Part shown: positions 43,432 through 53,268 of the stretch, piece after piece
Numbering within the stretch: the stretch's first letter is position 1
How the letters are laid out: every line of letters starts with the position of its first letter
From: an uncultured Acidobacteriota bacterium
Lineage (GTDB): Bacteria; Acidobacteriota; Vicinamibacteria; Vicinamibacterales; SCN-69-37
Reading direction: 5' to 3'
Length of the DNA stretch: 64,000 nt
Assembly (NCBI GenBank): GCA_963793255.1
Contig: CAWBZK010000007.1
Coordinates: forward strand, 42,609-106,608
Translations under genes and position numbers: made by a program
The notes under the pieces: generated by a model
Database searches by the model: none
Seen by the model: only the letters and a program-made list of their open reading frames with translations
What the model was told of the DNA's origin: nothing

Positions 43432-45006
43432 TTACAACGGGATGTTGCCGTGCTTGCGAGACGGGTTCCGGTCGCGCTTGTGATCCGCGCTCGCGAGAGC
43501 GGCGATGAGCTTCGACCGCGTTGCGCGCGGCGCAATGATCTCGTCGATGAAGCCCCGCGAGGCGGCGATGAACGGGTTGGCGAGCTTCTGCCGGTACTCC
43601 TCGACGAGCTCGGCACGACGGGCGTCCGGATCCGCCGCCTCGGCGATCTCACGCCGATACAGGACGTTCACTGCGCCTTCAGGGCCCATCACCGCGATTT
43701 CCGCCGTTGGATACGCGTAATTGAAGTCGGTCCGGATGTGCTTGCTCGCCATCACGCAATAGGCACCACCGTAGGCCTTGCGGGTGATGACGGTGATCTT
43801 CGGGACGGTCGCCTCGGCAAACGCGTACAGCAGCTTCGCGCCGGCGCGGATGATGCCGCCGTACTCCTGGCGAACACCGGGCAGAAATCCCGGCACGTCT
43901 TCGAACGTGATGAGCGGCACGTTGAAGGCGTCGCAGAACCGCACGAAGCGCGCCGCCTTCACCGAGGCGTCAATGTCGAGACAGCCGGCGAGGACCGCCG
44001 GCTGGTTCGCGACGAGGCCGACCGTGCGCCCGGCGAGCCGCGCGAATCCGACGACGATGTTCTGCGCGAAGTGCCGTTGCACTTCCAGAAACACGCCGTC
44101 GTCCACGACGGCGCCGACGAGATCGCGCATGTCGTACGGCTGGTTCGGCTGTGCCGGGACGAGCCGGTCGAGCGCCGCGTCTTCGCGGTCCACCGGATCG
44201 GCCGTCGCGCGTCGCGGCGGGTCGTCGAGGTTGTTCGACGGCAAATAGCTCAAGAGCTCGCGGATCAGCTGAAGGCATGCGCGATCGTCAGGCACCGCAA
44301 AGTGCGCGACGCCGCTGACCGCGTTGTGCGTCATGGCGCCGCCGAGCGCTTCCTTGGTGACGTCCTCGTGCGTGACGGTGCGAATGACGTCAGGCCCGGT
44401 CACGAACATGTAGCTCGTGCCATCCACCATGACGGTGAAGTCAGTGATCGCCGGCGAGTAGACCGCCCCGCCCGCGCAAGGACCCATGATCGCGGAGATC
44501 TGCGGCACGACCCCGGATGCCAGCGTGTTTCGCAGAAAGATGTCGGCGTAGCCACCGAGCGAGAGCACGCCCTCCTGGATCCTGGCCCCGCCCGAATCGT
44601 TCAGGCCGACGATGGGCGCACCCATCCGCACGGCCAGATCCATGACTTTGACAATCTTCGCGGCGTTCGTCTCCGACAACGAGCCGCCGAACACGGTGAA
44701 GTCCTGGGCGAATGCGTAGACGGGACGGCCATCCACCCGGCCGTGGCCCGCAACCACCCCGTCACCGGGGATCAGCTCATCACCGATGCCGAAGTCGCGG
44801 CAGCGGTGCGTGACCAGCTTGTCGACTTCTTCGAAGCTGCCGGGATCGAACAGGAGATCGACCCGCTCGCGGGCCGTCAGTTTCCCGGCGTCGTGCTGCC
44901 GCCGCGTCCGCGCCTCGCCGCCGCCCTGCTCGGCAAGCCGTTCGAGTGCGCGCAGTCGATCGACGGACGAGAGATCGTTCGAACCGCCATCGGGGCGCTC
45001 GGTCAC
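43432..45006 (-). CDS. pccB: Acyl-CoA (propionyl-CoA-type) carboxylase carboxyltransferase subunit
   Basis: [58 protein letters not shown] overlap with the tal stop. Confidence 0.92.
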   Translation of the reverse strand: MTERPDGGSNDLSSVDRLRALERLAEQGGGEARTRRQHDAGKLTARERVDLLFDPGSFEEVDKLVTHRCRDFGIGDELIPGDGVVAGHGRVDGRPVYAFAQDFTVFGGSLSETNAAKIVKVMDLAVRMGAPIVGLNDSGGARIQEGVLSLGGYADIFLRNTLASGVVPQISAIMGPCAGGAVYSPAITDFTVMVDGTSYMFVTGPDVIRTVTHEDVTKEALGGAMTHNAVSGVAHFAVPDDRACLQLIRELLSYLPSNNLDDPPRRATADPVDREDAALDRLVPAQPNQPYDMRDLVGAVVDDGVFLEVQRHFAQNIVVGFARLAGRTVGLVANQPAVLAGCLDIDASVKAARFVRFCDAFNVPLITFEDVPGFLPGVRQEYGGIIRAGAKLLYAFAEATVPKITVITRKAYGGAYCVMASKHIRTDFNYAYPTAEIAVMGPEGAVNVLYRREIAEAADPDARRAELVEEYRQKLANPFIAASRGFIDEIIAPRATRSKLIAALASADHKRDRNPSRKHGNIPL

Positions 45007-45656
45007 ACCTTGGCCGTCTGGGCCTTCTCCCAGTCTTTGAGGAACTTCTCGAGCCCGATGTCGGTGAGCGGGTGCTTGAAGCAGGCCTCGATGACTGAGG
45101 CGGGGCACGTGCAAATGTCGGCGCCCATGCGGGCCGCCTCGACGATGTGCATGGGCGACCGCACGCTCGCCACGAGAATCTCGGTCTTGAACCCGTAGTT
45201 TGGAAAGATGTCCACGAGCTCCTGAATCAATCCCATGCCGTGCGACGCGATGTCGTCGAGCCGGCCGACGAACGGGCTCACGTATGAAGCCCCGACCTTC
45301 GCCGCGAGCAGCGCCTGGGTCGCTGAGAAAATCAGTGTGACGTTGACGCGGAGGCCTTCGTCGGCGAGTGTCTTCGTGGCGCGGACGCCGTCGCGCGTGA
45401 ACGGCACTTTGACCACGATGTGCTCATCGATCGTCGCAAGGTCCCGTCCTTCGGAAATCATCCCAGCGTAGTCGGTCGCGACCACTTCGGCACTGACTGG
45501 CCCCTGCACAAGCTCGCAAATGCGCTTGGTGATTTTCCGAGGATCGCCGCCCTCCTTCGCCATCAGCGAGGGATTCGTCGTCACGCCGTCGATGATGCCA
45601 AGGGGCACGAGCGACTCGATCTCTTTGAGGTTTCCGGAATCGATGAAGAGTTTCAT
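45003..45656 (-). CDS. tal: Transaldolase (short MipB/FSA-like subfamily, transaldolase-type residues)
   Basis: [15 protein letters not shown] (Glu), [14 protein letters not shown] (Phe rather than the Tyr of FSA), HPLTDIG. Confidence 0.9.
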   Translation of the reverse strand: MKLFIDSGNLKEIESLVPLGIIDGVTTNPSLMAKEGGDPRKITKRICELVQGPVSAEVVATDYAGMISEGRDLATIDEHIVVKVPFTRDGVRATKTLADEGLRVNVTLIFSATQALLAAKVGASYVSPFVGRLDDIASHGMGLIQELVDIFPNYGFKTEILVASVRSPMHIVEAARMGADICTCPASVIEACFKHPLTDIGLEKFLKDWEKAQTAKV

Positions 45657-45706
45657 AAACGGCCTTTCGTCTTTTCCCAAATCATACCGCCGGTGCCGCG
45701 TCGTCG

Positions 45707-45741
45707 GAAGTTTGAAGTGAGAAGTTAGAAGTCAGAAATCA
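45707..45741. repeat. AGAAGT heptamer tract (family B, single arm)
   Basis: GAAGTTTGAAGTGAGAAGTTAGAAGTCAGAAATCA, near-identical to the left arm starting at 6805. Confidence 0.8.
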
Positions 45742-45783
45742 TGTATTTCCGACCCTCTTTCGGACCTTGGCCTTTTGCCGTGA

Positions 45784-46861
45784 CTAGCGAACAGTCACCA
45801 CCTGCCGGTCGGACTGCTGGCTGACGTTGGGAACCGGTGCCGTGTCGATGGCATAGACGGAATAGGTGTACGTTTCGCCAGATCGAGCGCTCTCGTCCTT
45901 GTAGGCCGGCTCGCGCACGGGCTCACGGATAAGTGGCTGCATGTTCACGCCGCCGGCATCGCCTCGAAGGACGATGTAGCCGTCGAGATCCGGCGCCTCG
46001 GAGGGGGTCCAGGTCAACGTGATGGCGCTCCCTTCCTGGATGGCCCGAAGATTCGTCGGAGCCGGCGGTGGGTAGCGATCGACGGCCGTCGCGCAGTAGA
46101 CCTCCGACGGCGGCCCCTCGACCGTGGCGCCGCCGGTTTGCTGCACGGTTCGAACGACGAAGCAGCGTTCCCGGCCGAACTCGACCGGCTGCGTGAATCG
46201 CGGTTCGTTGATGGGCGTCGTGGTGAGCAGCCGGACCGCCGAGAGATCGAGCGGCTGGGTCGCCGCGAACACCCGGTACGCCTTGCCCGTCGCCGGCCAG
46301 GACAATGTCAACGTCGTCTCGTTGTTCTCAGCCGTCAGCGCCTTTGGCGCGACGGGGAGCGATGCAAGGGGCACCGTGATGGCATTCGACGCCGGCCCAC
46401 GACGGTTGCGGCCCATCACGCCGACCGCGACGTACGTCCAGGAACCGGACGCCTGGCTATCCACCGGTTCGACGAACGACGCGGCTTCTCCGGGCAGCGG
46501 GTAAGGGTGGCGCAGTCGGTGCCGGGGGATTGTCGTCCGGGCGTCGCACCGCGATCTGACCACGCAACGCACCCGGCGTCCCGGCGATCTGTGATGCCGC
46601 CGGCACGGTCGCGTCCGGCGCCGTGACGACCCGGTAGATCTCCACGCGCTCGGGAGCCACCACGGTCGGATCGTCAGGGTTGCCGGCGGGAACGGTGAAC
46701 TGCAAGGTGACTCGGCCACCGCTCAGTGACGCGGCGAAATCGGCGACCCGGGCGGGCTGGATGTTGAGCGGCGGCAGGGGATTGCCCTTCTTGCCGCACG
46801 CGGCCAGCAACACCGCGACGAGCGACACCGCGCCCAGCCTGCGCAGGGCGCGCGTCGTCAC
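45784..46861 (-). CDS. Lipoprotein with fibronectin type III-like domains (frameshifted)
   Basis: Lipobox [14 protein letters not shown]; [34 protein letters not shown]-coupled to hslU. Confidence 0.78.
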
Positions 46862-48255
46862 AGGATGTAGCGCGACAAATCGTCGCTCCTCGCAATGTCC
46901 TCGAGCATGCGATCGACGTACGCGCTGTCGACGTCCACTGAGCAGCCGTCCATCTCGGGCGCGTGAAAAGATACTTCGTCGAGCAGCCGCTCCATCACCG
47001 TGTGCAGGCGACGCGCGCCGATGTTCTCGGTGCGTTCGTTGACGAGGGTCGCGAGCTCGGCGATGCGCTGGATGGCGTCCGGCGTGAACGTGATCGAGAC
47101 GCCCTCGGTGGCGAGGAGCGCGGTGTACTGCTTGATCAGCGCGCCTTTGGGTTCCGTCAGGATCCGGACGAACTCATCACGGCCCAGAGCCTCGAGCTCG
47201 ACCCGGATCGGAAAACGTCCCTGCAGCTCAGGAATCAAATCCGACGGCTTCGACACGTGGAATGCGCCTGCCGCAATGAACAGGATGTGGTCGGTGCGTA
47301 CCATGCCGTACTTCGAGTTCACGGTCGTGCCTTCGACGATCGGCAGAATGTCGCGCTGCACGCCTTCGCGGCTCACGTCCGGGCCCTGCGATCCTTCGCG
47401 CCCGGCGATCTTGTCGATCTCGTCGACGAAGATAATGCCCGCCTGCTCGACACGATCGATGGCGGAACGCGCGACGCCGTCCATGTCGATGAGCTTCTGA
47501 GCTTCCTCGGCCGTGAGGTGCTCGACCGCCTCGGAGACGGGCAGCCGCCGCCGGCGTGTCCGCCCGGGAAAGATTCCGGGCAGCATGTCCTTGAGGTTGA
47601 CGCCGATCTCCTCCACCGATGACCCCTGCACCAGTTCAAACGAGGGCATCGCGCGATCCCGCACTTCGATCTCGACGGTCTTGGAGTCGAGACGTCCAGC
47701 GCGCAGCTGTTCGCGCAAACGCTCGCGGGTCGCTGACGCGTGCTCGCGCGCCATCCGCGCATCCTCCGACGACTCGCCGAACGACGACGGCGGCGAGGGG
47801 GGCAACAGCAAGTCGAGCACCCGCTCCTCGGCCGCCTGCTGCGCGCGCTCCTTCACCTCTTCCTCGCGCTCTTCGCGAACCATTTTCACGGCAATCTCGA
47901 CGAGGTCGCGCACCATCGACTCGACGTCGCGCCCGACGTACCCGACTTCTGTGAACTTGGAGGCCTCGACCTTCACAAACGGCGATTGGGCCAGCCGCGC
48001 GAGGCGCCTCGCGATCTCGGTCTTGCCGACGCCGGTCGGGCCGATCATGAGGATGTTCTTCGGCGCCACCTCGTCCGCCATGTCTTTCGGCAGCCGCTGG
48101 CGGCGGTAACGGTTACGCAGGGCAATCGCGACGGCGCGCTTCGCCTTGGCCTGTCCGACCACGTACTTGTCGAGTTCAGCGACGATCTCGCGCGGCGTCA
48201 GGGACGCCACCAGCGTGGCCGGCAGCTCGCGAACGGGAATGGACGTCATCGACAT
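46858..48255 (-). CDS. hslU: ATP-dependent protease ATPase subunit HslU
   Basis: [57 protein letters not shown]. Confidence 0.97.
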   Translation of the reverse strand: MSMTSIPVRELPATLVASLTPREIVAELDKYVVGQAKAKRAVAIALRNRYRRQRLPKDMADEVAPKNILMIGPTGVGKTEIARRLARLAQSPFVKVEASKFTEVGYVGRDVESMVRDLVEIAVKMVREEREEEVKERAQQAAEERVLDLLLPPSPPSSFGESSEDARMAREHASATRERLREQLRAGRLDSKTVEIEVRDRAMPSFELVQGSSVEEIGVNLKDMLPGIFPGRTRRRRLPVSEAVEHLTAEEAQKLIDMDGVARSAIDRVEQAGIIFVDEIDKIAGREGSQGPDVSREGVQRDILPIVEGTTVNSKYGMVRTDHILFIAAGAFHVSKPSDLIPELQGRFPIRVELEALGRDEFVRILTEPKGALIKQYTALLATEGVSITFTPDAIQRIAELATLVNERTENIGARRLHTVMERLLDEVSFHAPEMDGCSVDVDSAYVDRMLEDIARSDDLSRYIL

Positions 48256-48264
48256 GGCTCTTCG

Positions 48265-48798
48265 TTATAGCTCTTCGATCACGAGACGGTCGTTGGTGTA
48301 GATGCAGATGCTGGCGGCAATCGCCATGGCGTGCTCGACGATGGCTCGCGCTCCGAGCGAACTGTGTTGAACGAGCGCACGGGCCGCAGCCACGGCGAAC
48401 GGACCTCCCGATCCAATGCCGATCACGCCATCGTCCGGCTCGATGAGATCGCCGGTCCCGGAGAGGAGGTACATCGCACGCGTGTCGGCGACGAGCATCA
48501 TGGCCTCGAGCCGCCGGAGCGCACGGTCTGTCCGCCAGTCCCTCGCCAATTCGACGGCGGCCCGCTCGAGATTGCCGCGATGCTCCTCGAGCTTGCCTTC
48601 GAACCGGTTGAACAGCGCAAAGCCATCGGCCGCGGCGCCGGCAAACCCAGCCAACACCCGGTCGTGGTAGAGGCGACGAACCTTTCGGGCCTGGTGCTTG
48701 ACCACGGTCTGGCCGAGCGTCACCTGGCCGTCGCTCGCCAGGACAACTTTGCCATCGTGGCGAACGCCAAGCACGGTTGTGGCGTGAAATTGGGGCAT
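48265..48798 (-). CDS. hslV: ATP-dependent protease peptidase subunit HslV
   Basis: HATTVL, DGQVTLG, GFAG, DWRTDR.LRRLEA, GSGG, CIYTN. Confidence 0.96.
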   Translation of the reverse strand: MPQFHATTVLGVRHDGKVVLASDGQVTLGQTVVKHQARKVRRLYHDRVLAGFAGAAADGFALFNRFEGKLEEHRGNLERAAVELARDWRTDRALRRLEAMMLVADTRAMYLLSGTGDLIEPDDGVIGIGSGGPFAVAAARALVQHSSLGARAIVEHAMAIAASICIYTNDRLVIEEL

Positions 48799-48916
48799 GG
48801 ACAAGGAGCGGGCGGGACCTGTCCGCATCGTAGTGCTGTCAGCTCGAGACGGCAAGCCGAGAGGACACTTCCCGGTCCTCCGGCGGCGTACCTTTAAGGT
48901 TTGTTGACGCGAGGTC

Positions 48917-48932
48917 TGGCAGTAAAGTTGCA
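48917..48932 (+). promoter_or_regulatory. Sigma54 (-24/-12) promoter
   Basis: TGGCAG-TAAAG-TTGCA fits TGGCAC-N5-TTGCA; followed by SD GGAGGA and ATG 48964. Confidence 0.75.
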
Positions 48933-48963
48933 CCAGGCCGGGCTAGTCTTCCGGAGGACCGCA

Positions 48964-49839
48964 ATGACGCACTGGACCTCACTCGCTGGTGTCTCCCTCG
49001 TGGCCTTGTCGCTGGCTGTGCCGAATGCCTCATGGGCCCAGGCCAGGTCCCGAGGCGGGTCCGGCTCCTCCTCGACGCCGTCGTCAGGTAGTTCCGGATC
49101 GCACTCGGGCGGCGGCGACGGTTCCGGCGGCGCGCGATCCGCGCCACAGGGTGGCGGTGGCTCTCGCGCGACGGCGCGTCCGCGTTCCGGCTCGGCGTCA
49201 GGAAGCGGCGGCTCCGCCTCATCAGGCTCGCAGACGTCGGCAACTCGCGGCGGTTCGACTGAGGGCTCGTCCGGCAACGCGCGCGCACGTGGTTTCCAAG
49301 CGAGCCGCGGCCAGGCGCAACCGCGGACGGGCTACGGTCCGGGCTACCCGTCTCACTACCCGGGGTATGGCCACGGCTATTACCCTGGCTACGGATACGG
49401 CTATTACCCCAGTTACGGGTACGGCTATTACCCGGCGTATGGCTATGGCTACAGCCCTTGGTACGGTTACGGGTACGGCTACCCATTCAGTCTGAGCTTC
49501 GCGTTTGGTTTTCCATATTTCTACGATCCGTACCCGGCGTATGGCTACGGCGGCGGTGGATACTTCAGTCACGATAACGGCGAGGATCGCCACGAGAACC
49601 GGCAACCGACCGGGGCGATTCGCTTGAAAGCCAGCCCTCGCCACGCGCGCGTCTATGTTGATGGCGCACTCGTGGGCACTGTGGACGAATTCGATGGTTT
49701 GAGCGACCACCTCGAGATCGAGGCCGGCCGGCACCAGATTGAATTCCGAGCCGACGGATACCAGAGCTATTCGTCAGAAGTCTCGGTCCGTGCCGGTCGC
49801 ACGATGACCGAGCGGGCGAACCTGAAGAAGAACAACTAA
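48964..49839 (+). CDS. Secreted PEGA-domain protein with Gly/Ser-rich and Tyr/Gly-rich low-complexity regions
   Basis: Signal peptide; GS-rich tract; GYYPxYGY repeats; C-terminal GAIRLKASPRHARVYVDG..VDEFDG..GRHQIE..GY. Confidence 0.82.
   Translation: MTHWTSLAGVSLVALSLAVPNASWAQARSRGGSGSSSTPSSGSSGSHSGGGDGSGGARSAPQGGGGSRATARPRSGSASGSGGSASSGSQTSATRGGSTEGSSGNARARGFQASRGQAQPRTGYGPGYPSHYPGYGHGYYPGYGYGYYPSYGYGYYPAYGYGYSPWYGYGYGYPFSLSFAFGFPYFYDPYPAYGYGGGGYFSHDNGEDRHENRQPTGAIRLKASPRHARVYVDGALVGTVDEFDGLSDHLEIEAGRHQIEFRADGYQSYSSEVSVRAGRTMTERANLKKNN
49375..49470 (+). repeat. Four in-frame 24-nt tandem repeats encoding GYYPxYGY
   Basis: GGCTATTACCCTGGCTACGGATAC / GGCTATTACCCCAGTTACGGGTAC / GGCTATTACCCGGCGTATGGCTAT / GGCTACAGCCCTTGGTACGGTTAC. 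Confidence 0.85.
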
Positions 49840-49851
49840 ACGGACGGCCGT

Positions 49852-50359
49852 TTACCGGCCGGCTGCAGACTGTGCAGCGTGCGGGATGAGCCGTCTGTCA
49901 ATCGCGACCTCGCCGATCCGGGTCAGTCGCCCGTCGCGTTTGGCGATCACCCGTGCGGTGACGTCGCGGAACTGGCTGTGGGAGAACAGCTCGGCGCGAG
50001 GCTGGTCGAGGGTATAGCCGTACGCCGCACGCACGAGAATCGGCTCGGATGTCCCACCTGGCGGGATGGCGCGTGTTGCCGATGCCCGTCACTTCGCGAC
50101 CGTCGTATTCCCCGTCATCGCCCTTCAACCAGAACGAGACCGTGAGTTGGACGTACGTCACCGGTGCCTGACCGTTGTTTTTGAGACGGAAACTCAGACT
50201 TGGGACGAGATGGTTCTTGCCGTCTTTGATCCCGTTGTCGTACCAGCCGGTGAACGTGTCGGTGACGGCCAGCGTCGAGAGGTCGACGCGCTGGCCGCAC
50301 GACGCGCTCGCCAGGAGCGCCAGGCCGATCACGAGCGTCTGCCTGCAATTGCGGAGCAT
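49852..50359 (-). CDS. Hypothetical lipoprotein (frameshifted)
   Basis: Lipobox ASASC; TGWYDNGI..KNHLVPSLSFRLKN; continues in a second frame as GYTLDQPRAELFSHSQF. Confidence 0.65.
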
Positions 50360-50376
50360 TCTGGCGCGATTGTAGA

Positions 50377-51114
50377 TCAGAAGTCCGACGCGAGGATTCG
50401 CTGCTTCACCTCGTCACGAGTCAGTCGCCCTTCGCGAAACGCCGTGAGATCCGCCCCTTTGGCTCTCAAGACCAACCGCTGCGACGTTCTGCGATAGAAC
50501 GGGTTGGTGATTTGCGAGTCGAGGCCCATGCCCCCGGTAATGACGAGGAGCGCATCGCTCGGGCCCATCGGCAAGGTGCCCGCGTTGTCCACGATGGCAT
50601 CCACGAGAGCTTCCCTCACCTGGGTCTGATACACGACGCGGAAATCGAGCAGCGTGGGTCGTGGAGCGGCCGCCGGGCCCATCGGATCAGCCACGACGAC
50701 GCCCGTGGACTCGACACGCTCATTCACAGGCTGCGGCTGAAGACCGTCCGTCCGACCGGCAAACTGCGGACGATTAACCATTAGATTCATCACAGACAGG
50801 CTGAGATCGATCCCCGGCACCTGCACGTGAAACACAAAGAGATTCAGATCGCGCACCGCGACGCCGGTCACCTGCGGATTCTCGCCCGTCGGCAACGCCG
50901 TCAATTGCGGGGCGATCTCGGCGGCGCGCGTCGCGAAGTTCCGGCCGGCGGTTTCCAGCGCGCGCCCGAGCACCATCTCGAAGGTCTGGACCTGTGGCCT
51001 GGCCGGATCGTCGGCGCGCGAATTCTGCGCGGGGGACTGCGCGCGCACGGACGAACCGAGTGCCATCGCGGCGCCCAGCACCAGCGCACATCTCACGGTC
51101 GTTCTCGTCCTCAC
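50377..51114 (-). CDS. Secreted hypothetical protein in the ECF sigma operon
   Basis: 245-aa ORF with signal peptide (VRA|Q), 1 nt from the anti-sigma stop. Confidence 0.65.
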   Translation of the reverse strand: MRTRTTVRCALVLGAAMALGSSVRAQSPAQNSRADDPARPQVQTFEMVLGRALETAGRNFATRAAEIAPQLTALPTGENPQVTGVAVRDLNLFVFHVQVPGIDLSLSVMNLMVNRPQFAGRTDGLQPQPVNERVESTGVVVADPMGPAAAPRPTLLDFRVVYQTQVREALVDAIVDNAGTLPMGPSDALLVITGGMGLDSQITNPFYRRTSQRLVLRAKGADLTAFREGRLTRDEVKQRILASDF

Positions 51115-51115
51115 G

Positions 51116-51797
51116 TTACTGTCCTCCCGGGATGCTGGCCCCGCCTTGCACGTAGGAAACGAGCATGCCGTTGGTGCGCTCGAGACCTGTCTGTTTGGCC
51201 TTGATCCCCTGCGTTTCGCTCGCGAATTCGATCAGCCGGTCGTACAGCTCGTTCTGCCGCGCGGTCAGCATGTTGACGCGGCGCGCGAGATCGGTCGTCG
51301 CGGGATTGGTCTCCGAAATATTACGCGGCGCGACGTCACCAGACACCTGACGCACCCGCGTGTCGAGCTCGGCGCGCATTTGCGCCAGCACCTTGTTCTC
51401 GAGCGCCGCCAGGTCCGTCGGCGAGACGGCTGCCGTCGCCACCGGGGTGGTTGTCGTCTGCCCCTGAGCGACGGCCGGAGCCGTCCGCGGCATCAACGCA
51501 TAGGTCGCGGCACCGCCAGCGGCGCCGACCATAAAGGTCGCGCAGGCCGCGGCCGCCAGTGCCCACGCGGGCACCGCTCGCCACGACCGCTCCGTGGCGC
51601 GCCGGCGCCATCGGACGCCAGATCGGATCGCTCTCGGGCACGTCCCACGCCAGCAGATCCTGGCGCACGCCCTTCAGGCCACGAATTTCCCGGCGACACG
51701 TGTGGCACGACTCGAGGTGCGCTTCGATCTCGGCGCGCTCCGCCGGGTCGCACTCGTCGTAGACGTAGCCAATCAACCGTTCTCTGTTCTCACACAT
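51116..51797 (-). CDS. Zn-finger (zf-HC2) anti-sigma factor, single TM (frameshifted)
   Basis: MCENRERLIGYVYDEC..EAHLESCHTC (HxxxCxxC), TM segment WALAAAACATF, then a coiled-coil-like region. Confidence 0.82.
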
Positions 51798-51811
51798 GAC
51801 AATCGGTCCCC

Positions 51812-52421
51812 TTAACCGGTTCCTTCCCACGTCGCGCGACGAAGCGACGCTTCCTCGATCTGCTGGCGATCGAGACGACGGCGCAGCACCGAGAGACCCT
51901 GGTACAACCGCGTCTTCACCGTGCTCAGCGGACAGTTGAGCTGGTCCGCGATTTCCTGAAAGGTCAGGCCGTGGTACTCCTTCAACATGATGGCCGTCCG
52001 CTGCTCTTCGGGCAGCTCGGCCATCGCCCTCGACACCGCCCGCGACATCTCGCGGCGGGCCACCAGATCCTCGACCGACTCGGTCGGCGACGGCCTGCGC
52101 ATCGGCCAGGTCCACGGCGTCGGTGCCCTCGGGCGGCTGGACCACGGGCGCGCGGCGCTCGCGGCGAATCCAGTCGCGGCACAGGTTCAGGGTGATGCGG
52201 TAGAGCCACGACGAGAATTTGGCTTCGCCCTTGAACCCCCGCAACCCCCGGTAGGCCCGGAGGAAGGCCTCCTGCACGACGTCCCGGGCGTCTTCCTCTC
52301 GCCCGAGCGTTCGATAGGCCAGGGCGTAAATCGTCCGTTCCCAGCGCGATACGAGCTGGTTGAAGCTGTCCACATCACCCGCGGTGGCGCGGGCGACGAG
52401 CTCCTCGTCCGTCCGAATCAT
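51812..52421 (-). CDS. ECF sigma-70 factor (RpoE/SigW-like; frameshifted)
   Basis: DEELV..GD..SFNQLV, DARDVVQEAF, FSSWLYRI..N, LPEEQR..GLTFQEIA..TVKTRLY. Confidence 0.9.
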
Positions 52422-52596
52422 GTGGGGCGCGCCAGGGGTCAGGGCCAGCCAGCGGCTAGGTGTCCGCCCTCCTGCCAGCTTAGACGGCTCCCGGCGATGT
52501 ACCAGTCGGTACCTGAGGGGAAGGCCGCCGGTATCTACCATTGAGTATAGGACTTCGGCGGATTCACTTGACTAAAGTGTCTAGACTGCACGACCA

Positions 52597-53175
52597 ATGA
52601 ACGACGACCACTTCCTGACTACGGAGGAAGTGCTGGACTACCTCCAGGTCAACCTCCGGACGATCTACCGGTTGATAAAAGCCGGAAAGATTCCGGCCGT
52701 TCGCGTGGGGCGGCAGTGGCGCTTCCGAAAACACGACATCGACGCCTGGTTGAACAGCAACCGGTCCAATTCCCGGCGCTGGCGTCATGGATCGCGCCGC
52801 GAATCCTGATCGTTGACGACGAACAGACGGTCCGGGACCTCGTCGCCAAGACCCTCTCGATGGCCGACTACGACGTGGACACCGCGCCGGACGGGCCGTC
52901 GGCTTTGGACCGGCTCAACACCACGGAATACGACCTGCTCATCACCGACCTCAAGATGCCGGGCATGGACGGCCTGTCGGTGATTCGAGAGGTGCGCCGC
53001 ACGTTCGACCGAGCTGCCGATCGTCATCATTACCGGCTACTCGACCGAGGCGAGCGCCATCGAGGCCATCAACCTCGGCGTCTCCGGGTATCTCACGAAG
53101 CCGTTCCGCCTGCCCCGCGTGCTGGCGGTCGCCGCGCGCGCCCTCGGCGAGCCCGCGCCTTCTCCGGAGCCGTAA
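52597..53175 (+). CDS. Excisionase-like HTH (HTH_17) fused to a C-terminal response-regulator receiver (frameshifted)
   Basis: FLTTEEVLDYLQV..TIYRLIKAGKIPAVRVGRQWRF; then ILIVDDE, LITDLKMPGMDG, IITGYS, YLTKPF. Confidence 0.8.
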
Positions 53176-53268
53176 CCCACTCGCAGAAAGACTCGGAACC
53201 CTGAGGTCCGTTACAGACCTTCGAGTTTCGGCCAGAATTGACGGGCACGGGCTCGTGCGCCTTGTTCC

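Noticed and set aside
43273-45198. Long antisense and alternate-frame ORFs (e.g. 641 aa opposite pccB, 616 aa at 56136-57986, 443 aa at 5488-6819)
   Set aside because: They are shadow ORFs typical of high-GC codon bias, have no motifs, and fully overlap well-supported genes.
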